In this document: positions 1-7,290 of the stretch, piece by piece
Layout of the letters: every line of letters begins with the position of its first letter
How positions within the stretch are numbered: the first letter of the stretch is position 1
Source of the DNA: an uncultured Rikenellaceae bacterium
Lineage (GTDB): Bacteria; Bacteroidota; Bacteroidia; Bacteroidales; VadinHA17
Length of the DNA: 56,120 bases
Assembly (NCBI GenBank): GCA_964649335.1
Contig: CAZYPI010000001.1
Coordinates: forward strand, 1 to 56,120
Direction: 5' to 3'
The notes under the pieces: model-generated
What the model was told of the DNA's origin: nothing
Seen by the model: the letters and a program-made list of their open reading frames with translations, nothing else
Databases searched by the model: none
Position numbers and translations under genes: made by a program

Positions 1-1398
1 TCGGTGCGGATGGTGCATACCCTTCTTGATCTGATCCGGCAGCTTTATCCCCTGCGTACCTGTAAGCTGAACCTGAGTCAGAAAAACATTAAGTCCGGGA
101 AGTTTAAGGTGTGCCTGGAATATCATCTGGGCAAATGCAAAGCCCCCTGTGTGGGAAAACAGACGGAAGAAGAGTATGACCGGGACATCCGGAGTGTCAG
201 AATGATCCTGAAAGGGCATATCCGTGAGGTGATCGATCATCTGAAGGGGTTGATGGAAGAGTATGCGGGTGCCCTGGAATTTGAAAAAGCACAGGTGGTA
301 AAAGAGAAGATAGAGATTCTGGAGAAGTACCGCTCCCGGTCGGTGGTGGTGACCCCCACGATCCGGGAAGCGGATGTTTTTTCCATGATCGACCGGGAGA
401 AATTTGCCGTGGTCAACTTCCTGAAAATCGTCAACGGGGCGGTGGTACAGTCGCATACGGTAGAGGTGAAGAAAGTGCTGGGGGAGAAAAAAGAAGAGAT
501 ATTGCCCCTGATCGTCAGTGATATAAGACAGCGTTTTTCCAGCAATGCTTCGGAAACCGTCGTTCCTTTCCTGCCGGAAACAGAAGTGGCCGGCACAAAA
601 TGGGTGGTGCCGGTACGGGGAGATAAGAAAAAACTGCTGGAATTGTCCGGACGGAATGTGAAATACTACCTGCTTGAAAAAGAAAAACGGGAAGAGCGTT
701 ATCTGAAAAAATTCAGTACCGCTCGCAAGCTGGAGCAACTGCGTAAAGACCTGCATCTTCAGGAGCTACCGGAACATATCGAATGTTTTGACAACTCCAG
801 TCTGCAAGGGACCAATCCGGTGGCATCCTGTGTGGTGTTCCGGGATGCCCGGCCCAGCAGAAAAGACTACCGGCATTTTAATATCAAAACCGTAGAAGGA
901 CAGGATGATTATGCTTCGATGGAAGAAGTGGTTTTCAGGAGATACAGGAGACTGCTGGAGGAAGGAGAGGACCTGCCGCAGCTCGTGGTCATTGACGGGG
1001 GCAAAGGACAATTGAATGCAGCCCTGAAAAGTCTGAAAAAACTGGAGCTGGACCAGCGAATTGCATTGATAGGCATTGCCAAAAGGCTTGAAGAGATCTT
1101 TTTCCCCCACGATCCGGTGCCTTTGTATCTCGACAAGAACGGAGAATCACTGAAAATAATTCGCCACCTGCGGGATGAAGCCCACCGCTTCGGCATCACT
1201 TTTCACCGGCAGAAACGCTCGAAAGACCTCCTGAGAAGCGAACTGGATGATATTCCCGGTATCGGACCAAAAACCAAACAAAAATTATTGGACAGCTTTG
1301 GCTCTGTGGAAAATATCAAGAAACAAAATCACAAAGTATTAGAAAATTGTATTGGCAGTGCGAAAGCGGAGCTCCTACGTAGGCACCTACGTAGGTGA
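1..1398 (+). CDS. uvrC: Excinuclease ABC subunit C (UvrC), C-terminal ~465 aa; the 5' end lies outside the window
   Basis: The ORF is open at the window start. It has the Cys-rich 'RTCKLNL..CLEYHLGKCKAPC' segment, the endonuclease-domain region 'ECFDNSSLQG' and the C-terminal helix-hairpin-helix 'LDDIPGIGPKTKQKLLDSFGS', all typical of UvrC. Confidence 0.9.
   Translation, partial: SVRMVHTLLDLIRQLYPLRTCKLNLSQKNIKSGKFKVCLEYHLGKCKAPCVGKQTEEEYDRDIRSVRMILKGHIREVIDHLKGLMEEYAGALEFEKAQVVKEKIEILEKYRSRSVVVTPTIREADVFSMIDREKFAVVNFLKIVNGAVVQSHTVEVKKVLGEKKEEILPLIVSDIRQRFSSNASETVVPFLPETEVAGTKWVVPVRGDKKKLLELSGRNVKYYLLEKEKREERYLKKFSTARKLEQLRKDLHLQELPEHIECFDNSSLQGTNPVASCVVFRDARPSRKDYRHFNIKTVEGQDDYASMEEVVFRRYRRLLEEGEDLPQLVVIDGGKGQLNAALKSLKKLELDQRIALIGIAKRLEEIFFPHDPVPLYLDKNGESLKIIRHLRDEAHRFGITFHRQKRSKDLLRSELDDIPGIGPKTKQKLLDSFGSVENIKKQNHKVLENCIGSAKAELLRRHLRR
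1374..1395. repeat. Double palindrome CCTACGTAGG-CA-CCTACGTAGG overlapping the last codons of uvrC
   Basis: Read directly. Two perfect self-complementary 10-mers are separated by 2 nt, immediately before the TGA at 1396-1398. A near-identical arrangement occurs at 36613-36634. Confidence 0.6.
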
Positions 1399-1546
1399 TG
1401 TTTCCGGCAACCCTCTCGTGGTCCTCTGGCCGGGGAGAGCGGATCCCGGTATTTTATCAGTATAATCCGGGTTTCGTTTTAATCGGGGCACCGGATAAAA
1501 AGAGCGCATCTTCCGGCATACCGTTCAAAATTCCTATCTTTACGGG

Positions 1547-1801
1547 ATGAAAAAGATCAAAAGGGCGATAGCCGGAAAAGTGGGTCTGCCTGACGGAAGA
1601 CTGATTCCCGGAGTTTATACCAACGGGTTTGTCAGTTTTACCATCATGAACATACGGAAGGATATCGTTTTGTTATATGCCAATGCCGATATTCCGTTTA
1701 TGAATATATCGGAAGACGACGCGCTGGAAATACCCCTGGATGAATTAAACGGGATGTTCAATGACCTCCTTTCTGATTTCAGGATAAAGCACGCAGAATA
1801 A
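1547..1801 (+). CDS. Hypothetical small protein (84 aa)
   Basis: ATG-initiated ORF in an otherwise empty gap. A near-consensus -7 box, TATCTTTA, lies at 1534-1541. I recognise no family. Confidence 0.4.
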   Translation: MKKIKRAIAGKVGLPDGRLIPGVYTNGFVSFTIMNIRKDIVLLYANADIPFMNISEDDALEIPLDELNGMFNDLLSDFRIKHAE

Positions 1802-1857
1802 CATGATATATAACAGGATTTTAATAATTTTGCTGAACCAATTAAAACGTGTAAAGA

Positions 1858-2820
1858 ATGAAAAAAATTGTAGTGTATGTTATTTTGGTTTTTACCGTTT
1901 GCGGGTCGGGATTTGGCCAGGTCTCTTTGTTTTCCGTTGAAAACGGAGGTTTTGAAAATTGGGAAGTCCCGCCGGGGCTGGATTCCACGTTGATGGAACC
2001 GGTGGACTGGAGTTCTTTGAAAACCACCGATAACAGCAATCTGAACGGGGCGGCGCCTGTCGTCTGGGGGAAATCCACTATTGCACACAGCGGAAATTAT
2101 TCGGTTTATCTGAAGAATGTCTCCATCTTCGGCATCGTGGCAAACGGCACCCTCACCAACGGGCGGGTTCATTCGGACATGAATCCGGAAAAGGGCTATG
2201 TGTTTACGGATACGTCTGATGGTCGCTGGAACTCCCGTATTGATTCGCGGCCCGACAGTGTCGTGGGATGGTACCGGTTTCATCCGGTGGACAATGACCG
2301 GGGAATTGTGGAGGTGGATCTGCATACGGGATACTATCAGAAACCCGGAACGCCGGAGGATTCTACCCGGCTGGTAGGAAAAGCGATCTTTAAAACACCG
2401 ACGGAGACAGTCGATGAATGGACTCGTTTTGCCGTGCCTTTTGAATATTTTGATGACCGGATACCGGAATTTTACCTTTTCGTTCTCAGTTCGGGAGACG
2501 GTTATGATGCCCGGGCAGGCAGCGAAATATGGTTTGACGATATTGCATTTGTTTACAATAACCTTCCGGCGGAGAAACCGGATCTGCGTGAAGAGACTTT
2601 GAATGTTTATGTTTCCTTTGGGACCATAAACATTCGTTTGAGCGCAGAGAACAGTGGGGGGTACCGGGTTGTGGTGACCGATATTCTGGGAAGAAGGGTG
2701 TATCAGAACAGGCTTACAGTTGCGGAAGAACTGACGGTGAATCCCGGCCGTTCCGGGATATATATTGTTCGTGTAGTGGGTAATAATGAGGTTTATACCC
2801 GTAAAGTGCTGATAAAATAA
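1858..2820 (+). CDS. Secreted PCMD-like (putative carbohydrate metabolism domain) protein with a T9SS C-terminal sorting domain
   Basis: It has an N-terminal signal peptide. 'NGGFENWE..PVDWSSL..GNYSVYLKN..GTLTNG..RPDSVVGWYRF' resembles the PCMD family. The last ~75 aa ('LNVYVSFGTINIRL..GIYIVRVVGNNEVYTRKVLIK') look like a Por/T9SS type A CTD. Confidence 0.7.
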   Translation: MKKIVVYVILVFTVCGSGFGQVSLFSVENGGFENWEVPPGLDSTLMEPVDWSSLKTTDNSNLNGAAPVVWGKSTIAHSGNYSVYLKNVSIFGIVANGTLTNGRVHSDMNPEKGYVFTDTSDGRWNSRIDSRPDSVVGWYRFHPVDNDRGIVEVDLHTGYYQKPGTPEDSTRLVGKAIFKTPTETVDEWTRFAVPFEYFDDRIPEFYLFVLSSGDGYDARAGSEIWFDDIAFVYNNLPAEKPDLREETLNVYVSFGTINIRLSAENSGGYRVVVTDILGRRVYQNRLTVAEELTVNPGRSGIYIVRVVGNNEVYTRKVLIK

Positions 2821-2858
2821 CACTTTAGTCAGAGCTCTCAACTTCAAATACCGGTCTT

Positions 2859-5270
2859 ATGAGATATTTACGAATATTCATGGCCACAATTTTATGGGGG
2901 TTACTGACATTTTCTTTGTTTGCCCAGAAAGGCAGAATCATGGGCATGATCACGAACAAAGATACACGTGAACCTTTGGTCGGAGCAAATATTTATATCA
3001 AACATAATATGACCGTTGGCACCGTCAGCGACCTGAACGGACATTATGATTTAAAATGTGATCCCGGGAGTTATACTTTTGTTTTTTCCTATACGGGGAT
3101 GAAAACCATAGAAAAGGATGTAACCATTGTGGCCGATTCCACGGTGGTGGTGGATGTGGCCATGGATATTTTCAGCAGGCAATTTGAGGCGGTGGTAGTA
3201 AAGGCCGGCAAGTTTGACAAAAGCCTGGAAGATCAGACGGTCTCCATGGAGATTCTGAAACCGCGGCTGATGGATGCCCGCAACACAACCACGGTGGAAA
3301 CGGCCTTGAATCTGACGCCGGGGCTTACCATTCTGGATGAAGAGCCCAAGATACGGGGAGGCAGCGGTTTTACGTTTGGCGTAGGCAGCAAAGTGGCGGT
3401 ATTTGTCGATGATCTGCCCATCATGTCCGGTGACAACGGCAAACCCGACTGGTCGCTGGTGCCGGTGGAAAATATAGAACAGATCGAAGTGGTCAAAGGG
3501 GCTTCATCGGTGTTATCCGGTTCGGCAGCCCTGAGCGGGGCTATTTATATACGCACCGCTTTTCCCGGACTCACCCCCAAAACCAAAGTAAAAGTTTTTA
3601 CCAGTATGTTCGATGCGCCTCCAGCGCCGGCCACCAAATGGTGGAAGGGTGTAAATGCCGGTGTGGGAGCCAGTTTCCTGCACTCCCGCAAGATCAATGA
3701 CGGATACACCGACCTGGTGTTGGGCGGGTTCCTCCAGTTGGAGGACAATTATATCGGAGCTCCCAAACCGGGGCCGCTGGTGATAGATACCACCAACATT
3801 GAAGACAGGGATATGGTCAATAACAAGGCACGTTTCAATTTTAATTTTAAGCACCGTTCGAAAAAAGTCAGAGGACTGGCGTACGGCATGAACGGGAACA
3901 TCATGTACACAAAAAGCAGTACGCCGCTGGTCTGGCTGGATGACACCACCAATTTTTACCGGGCTTATCCCGGAGCGGTTTTGCTGGGGACGCATCTGAT
4001 CTGGTACCTGGATCCTTTTATCAGCTATTATACCGCGATGGGCAGCAAGCACAAGTTTACCAACCGGATCTTTGTTTCGGACAATAACCTGATCAATAAT
4101 CAATCCAACAATGTTTTTATGATGTACAATCAATATCAGTACTCAAAAAACTTTTCCAACCTGGGAGATCTGGAGTTCATCGGGGGTGTTGTCAGTAACT
4201 ATACCCGCAGTGATGCAAATATGTATGCCGCTTCGGGGTCTCCCGTGAACCGATTGTGGAATATTTCCCTTTTTACGGAGTTGGAGAAAAAATTTGCCAA
4301 TGCCCTGACTCTTTCCGGTGGAATGCGGATTGAACACTTTTCTTTGAATGATACGATCATCGATACCAAGCCGGTATTTCGTTTCGGGACCAACCTGAAA
4401 CTGGGTCAGGAGACTTATTTTCGGATGTCCCTGGGTCAGGGTTACCGTTTCCCGACCATTACCGAGAGATATATACGTACCAATGCAGGAAGTATCGGGG
4501 TGTTCGATAATCCGGATCTGATGCCGGAGACCAGCTGGAATGCAGAGATAGGAATAAAACAGGGGATTAAACTAAGCAGGTTTTACGGCTATTTTGACGC
4601 TGCCTATTTCTATCAGGAGTATAACAACACCATTGAATATCTGTTTGGATTCTGGGATTCGACCTATACTTTTGCCATCGCCGGGTTTAAGTTTGTAAAT
4701 ACCGGCAGATCCAGGATCTCCGGTGTGGATATCTCCCTGAACGGCATAGCCAGGATCAACCGGGATTTTAACATTTATCTCCTGGCGGGATATACCTATG
4801 TTATGCCGGTAACCTTGCAGCCTGATTATGTTTTTGCCCACGACTTCAATCCCGGCGGCAGTACAGGTTTCAGTTACAACTCCACCAGCGTGGACCCTTC
4901 CCGGAAAATTCTGAAATACCGTTTCAGGCATACGGCAAAAGTGGATTTGGAATTTGATTACAAAAAGATCAGCCTCGGCGGCAGTTTGAGGTATTATAGC
5001 AGGATGGACAATATGGACAAGGCTATTTTTGATTTTGAGGATGCCACCTCGTCTACGGGAGGGACCCTGCAACCGGTCCTCTACAAGAAATATTACTATA
5101 ATCACAACAACGGCAACACCATCCTTGACGGCCGGCTCAACTATAAAATAGGGAAACATCACAGGGTCGGTTTTATAGTAGATAACATGCTGAACCGAGG
5201 GTATTCCCTCCGGCCCCTGAAGGCCGAGCCCATGCGTAAGTTCATGCTGCAGTACCGGCTGGAGCTTTGA
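2859..5270 (+). CDS. TonB-dependent receptor (CarboxypepD_reg-like N-domain, plug, beta-barrel)
   Basis: It has a signal peptide, 'GMITNKDTREPLVGANIYI..GTVSDLNGHY' (carboxypeptidase-regulatory-like fold), the plug motif 'IEQIEVVKGASSVLSGSAALSGAIYI' and a long barrel. No SusD partner follows. Confidence 0.9.
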   Translation: MRYLRIFMATILWGLLTFSLFAQKGRIMGMITNKDTREPLVGANIYIKHNMTVGTVSDLNGHYDLKCDPGSYTFVFSYTGMKTIEKDVTIVADSTVVVDVAMDIFSRQFEAVVVKAGKFDKSLEDQTVSMEILKPRLMDARNTTTVETALNLTPGLTILDEEPKIRGGSGFTFGVGSKVAVFVDDLPIMSGDNGKPDWSLVPVENIEQIEVVKGASSVLSGSAALSGAIYIRTAFPGLTPKTKVKVFTSMFDAPPAPATKWWKGVNAGVGASFLHSRKINDGYTDLVLGGFLQLEDNYIGAPKPGPLVIDTTNIEDRDMVNNKARFNFNFKHRSKKVRGLAYGMNGNIMYTKSSTPLVWLDDTTNFYRAYPGAVLLGTHLIWYLDPFISYYTAMGSKHKFTNRIFVSDNNLINNQSNNVFMMYNQYQYSKNFSNLGDLEFIGGVVSNYTRSDANMYAASGSPVNRLWNISLFTELEKKFANALTLSGGMRIEHFSLNDTIIDTKPVFRFGTNLKLGQETYFRMSLGQGYRFPTITERYIRTNAGSIGVFDNPDLMPETSWNAEIGIKQGIKLSRFYGYFDAAYFYQEYNNTIEYLFGFWDSTYTFAIAGFKFVNTGRSRISGVDISLNGIARINRDFNIYLLAGYTYVMPVTLQPDYVFAHDFNPGGSTGFSYNSTSVDPSRKILKYRFRHTAKVDLEFDYKKISLGGSLRYYSRMDNMDKAIFDFEDATSSTGGTLQPVLYKKYYYNHNNGNTILDGRLNYKIGKHHRVGFIVDNMLNRGYSLRPLKAEPMRKFMLQYRLEL

Positions 5271-5304
5271 AAGATGCCGGGGAAGCCTGGGGAAGGAAAA
5301 TCAT

Positions 5305-6285
5305 TTATTTTTTCCTTTTAACCGTATATTCCACCAGGCTCTCTAAGCTGTTTCTGGCCTGGTTGTCAGGGAAATCCCTCAGGATAGACAAGGCCTGTTG
5401 TTTGTACTCTTCCATGACACCCGTGGCGTATTCAATACCTCCTTTTTCATTCACCATATCAATGATCTCCCGGATGGCGCGGCGGTCTTTTTTAGCCCGC
5501 CGTATGGTGGAACGGATTTTTATCCTTTCCGTCAGGGAAGATCGGGACAAGGTATAGATAACCGGCAGGGTGAGTTTCTTTTCTTTCAAGTCGTTTCCCA
5601 TGGGTTTGCCGGTCATGCCGTTGTGCTGGTAATCGAAGATGTCGTCCCGGATCTGAAAGGCGATGCCCAGGGCTTCCCCGAAACGGCGCATGGCGTTTAT
5701 GTCTTTTTCGTCGTCGGTCACCGCTTTGGCGCCGCATTCGGTGCAGGCGGCAAAAAGAGAGGCCGTTTTCATACGGATGATGGAGAAATAGTCCTTTTCG
5801 GTAATGTTCAGTTTTTGGGATTTCTGTATCTGGTCCAGCTCCCCTTCGCTCATCTCTTTCACAGCCCGGGAGACGATCTCCAGCATGTCGTAATCCTTGT
5901 TTTTTACCGTCAGCAGCAATCCTTTGGCCAGCAGGTAGTCACCGGTGAGGACAGCCACTTTCGACTTCCACAGGGCATTGATGGTGAAAAAACCGCGTCG
6001 CTCAAAAGATTCGTCCACCACATCGTCATGGATAAGTGTGGCCGTATGAAGCAGTTCGATCAGGGTGGCTGCCGTATAACTCCGGTTATTGATCTCTCCC
6101 AGCATGCCGGAAGTCAGAAAAACAAACATGGGCCGCATCCGTTTCCCCTTCCTGCGGAGAATAAAACGTGTGACCATATTCAGCAAAGGACTGGAACCCT
6201 TAACGGAAGAGGCGAAAAAAGAATCAAACTCTTTTAACTCTTTGGCTATGGGCTTTTTAATCTCTTCCAGACTCAGGGTTTTCAT
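5305..6285 (-). CDS. trans-Polyprenyl diphosphate synthase (IspB/octaprenyl-type; chain length not determinable)
   Basis: Two aspartate-rich motifs, 'LIHDDVVDES' and 'FQIRDDIFDY', in a 326-aa protein. Confidence 0.9.
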   Translation of the reverse strand: MKTLSLEEIKKPIAKELKEFDSFFASSVKGSSPLLNMVTRFILRRKGKRMRPMFVFLTSGMLGEINNRSYTAATLIELLHTATLIHDDVVDESFERRGFFTINALWKSKVAVLTGDYLLAKGLLLTVKNKDYDMLEIVSRAVKEMSEGELDQIQKSQKLNITEKDYFSIIRMKTASLFAACTECGAKAVTDDEKDINAMRRFGEALGIAFQIRDDIFDYQHNGMTGKPMGNDLKEKKLTLPVIYTLSRSSLTERIKIRSTIRRAKKDRRAIREIIDMVNEKGGIEYATGVMEEYKQQALSILRDFPDNQARNSLESLVEYTVKRKK

Positions 6286-6400
6286 AGATTAAAAATAGAT
6301 GAAACAGATAAATTTACAAATATGCTTAAAAACATGCCATTATAAAACGGGAATATGACAAAAATCTTATACCGTATCTTAACATATTTATATATTTGCA

Positions 6401-6408
6401 TTTATTAA
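6401..6408 (+). promoter_or_regulatory. Candidate Bacteroidota -7 promoter box (TATATTTG) for the ArsR-family gene
   Basis: Matches TAnnTTTG, 13 nt upstream of the ATG at 6421, in an AT-rich divergent intergenic region. Confidence 0.35.
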
Positions 6409-6420
6409 AGAGAGCGATTA

Positions 6421-6714
6421 ATGAAAAAGAGAAATTTAACACTTGAACAGCTGGAGAAAGCGGCCAATATTTTGAAAGCCATAGCCCATCCTATGCGTAT
6501 CTCTATCCTGAATTATCTGGAAGAGAATGAAAAGTTGACCGTTACGGAAATCCATAATCTGCTGGGGATAGAACAATCCACCACCTCTCACCACCTGGGG
6601 ATTTTGAAAGACAAAGGAGTGCTCGGTTCCAAACGGGAGGGGAAGAACACCTATTATTTCCTGAAATACGAAAATATCAACCAAATCCTGGACTGCATCG
6701 GCAAGAATGTGTAG
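6421..6714 (+). CDS. ArsR/SmtB-family winged-helix transcriptional regulator
   Basis: 97 aa. 'ILKAIAHPMRISILNYL..LTVTEIHNLLGIEQSTTSHHLGILKDKGV' is the ArsR HTH signature. No ELCVCDL-type metal site is visible. Confidence 0.85.
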   Translation: MKKRNLTLEQLEKAANILKAIAHPMRISILNYLEENEKLTVTEIHNLLGIEQSTTSHHLGILKDKGVLGSKREGKNTYYFLKYENINQILDCIGKNV

Positions 6715-6796
6715 GATTACTTCTCCGGCAAGGCCCGGATGTTGAGCCGTCTTATATTTTCCTTTTATCTTTTTCCTTTTGTCTTTTATCTTTAAC

Positions 6797-6804
6797 TATC
6801 TTTG
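6797..6804 (+). promoter_or_regulatory. Candidate -7 promoter box (TATCTTTG) for queD
   Basis: Matches TAnnTTTG, 25 nt upstream of the ATG at 6829. Confidence 0.35.
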
Positions 6805-6828
6805 TATAGATCGTTAATATTTCATTGC

Positions 6829-7278
6829 ATGGCCGGGATCAGGATAACCAAAAAGTTCGATTTTGAGATGGCGCATGCCCTGTGGAACTATGACGGGGCC
6901 TGCAAAAATATCCACGGCCATTCCTATAAACTGTTTGTTACGGTACGGGGCGAACCCCTGCAGGACGACAACAATGCAAAAAACGGGATGGTCATGGATT
7001 TCGGGGAGCTGAAAAAGATCGTGAACAAAGCTGTCATTAATAGATTTGATCATTGTGTGGTGGTCAGCAACAAGGCGCCCCATGATTTTCTGACCCAGGT
7101 GGAACAGATGTTCGACAAGTATGAGCTGACCCCGTTTCAGCCCACCAGCGAAAACCTCTTGTTGTATTTTGCGGAGATCCTGAAAAAGAAACTCCCTCAG
7201 GAGGTTGAGCTGGTAAAATTACAATTGTATGAGACCGAAACCAGCTATGCAGAATGGTGCCTGGAAGATAACCGTTGA
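6829..7278 (+). CDS. queD: 6-carboxy-5,6,7,8-tetrahydropterin synthase (QueD / PTPS family)
   Basis: 'KKFDFEMAHAL..DGACKNIHGHSYKL' carries the zinc-binding His residues and catalytic Cys of the PTPS/QueD fold. I prefer the ATG at 6829 over the TTG at 6802 in the ORF track. Confidence 0.85.
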   Translation: MAGIRITKKFDFEMAHALWNYDGACKNIHGHSYKLFVTVRGEPLQDDNNAKNGMVMDFGELKKIVNKAVINRFDHCVVVSNKAPHDFLTQVEQMFDKYELTPFQPTSENLLLYFAEILKKKLPQEVELVKLQLYETETSYAEWCLEDNR

Positions 7279-7290
7279 AAACAGAGGATT

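Noticed and set aside
1615-2847. 410-aa ORF on the minus strand covering the PCMD-like gene
   Set aside because: It is antisense to a gene with a signal peptide, recognisable PCMD-like motifs and a T9SS CTD. The antisense translation is R/H/P/G-rich with no recognisable motif. It is a mirror-frame artefact.
5398-6237. Other long antisense ORFs: 5398-6237, 8734-9561, 11073-11813, 14115-15308, 17980-19026, 29068-30099, 34911-36080, 37165-37932, 37939-38544
   Set aside because: Each lies fully inside, and opposite to, a gene with strong family motifs (polyprenyl synthase, polA, activase, SusC, PFK, S41 peptidase, UxaE-like, GH35). The pattern recurs across the window and reflects codon bias, not overlapping genes.
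6715-6828. preQ1 or other riboswitch upstream of queD
   Set aside because: The region is a T-rich spacer with short direct repeats (CCTTTTATCTTTTT-like). I could not find a preQ1-type hairpin/pseudoknot or any conserved riboswitch core.
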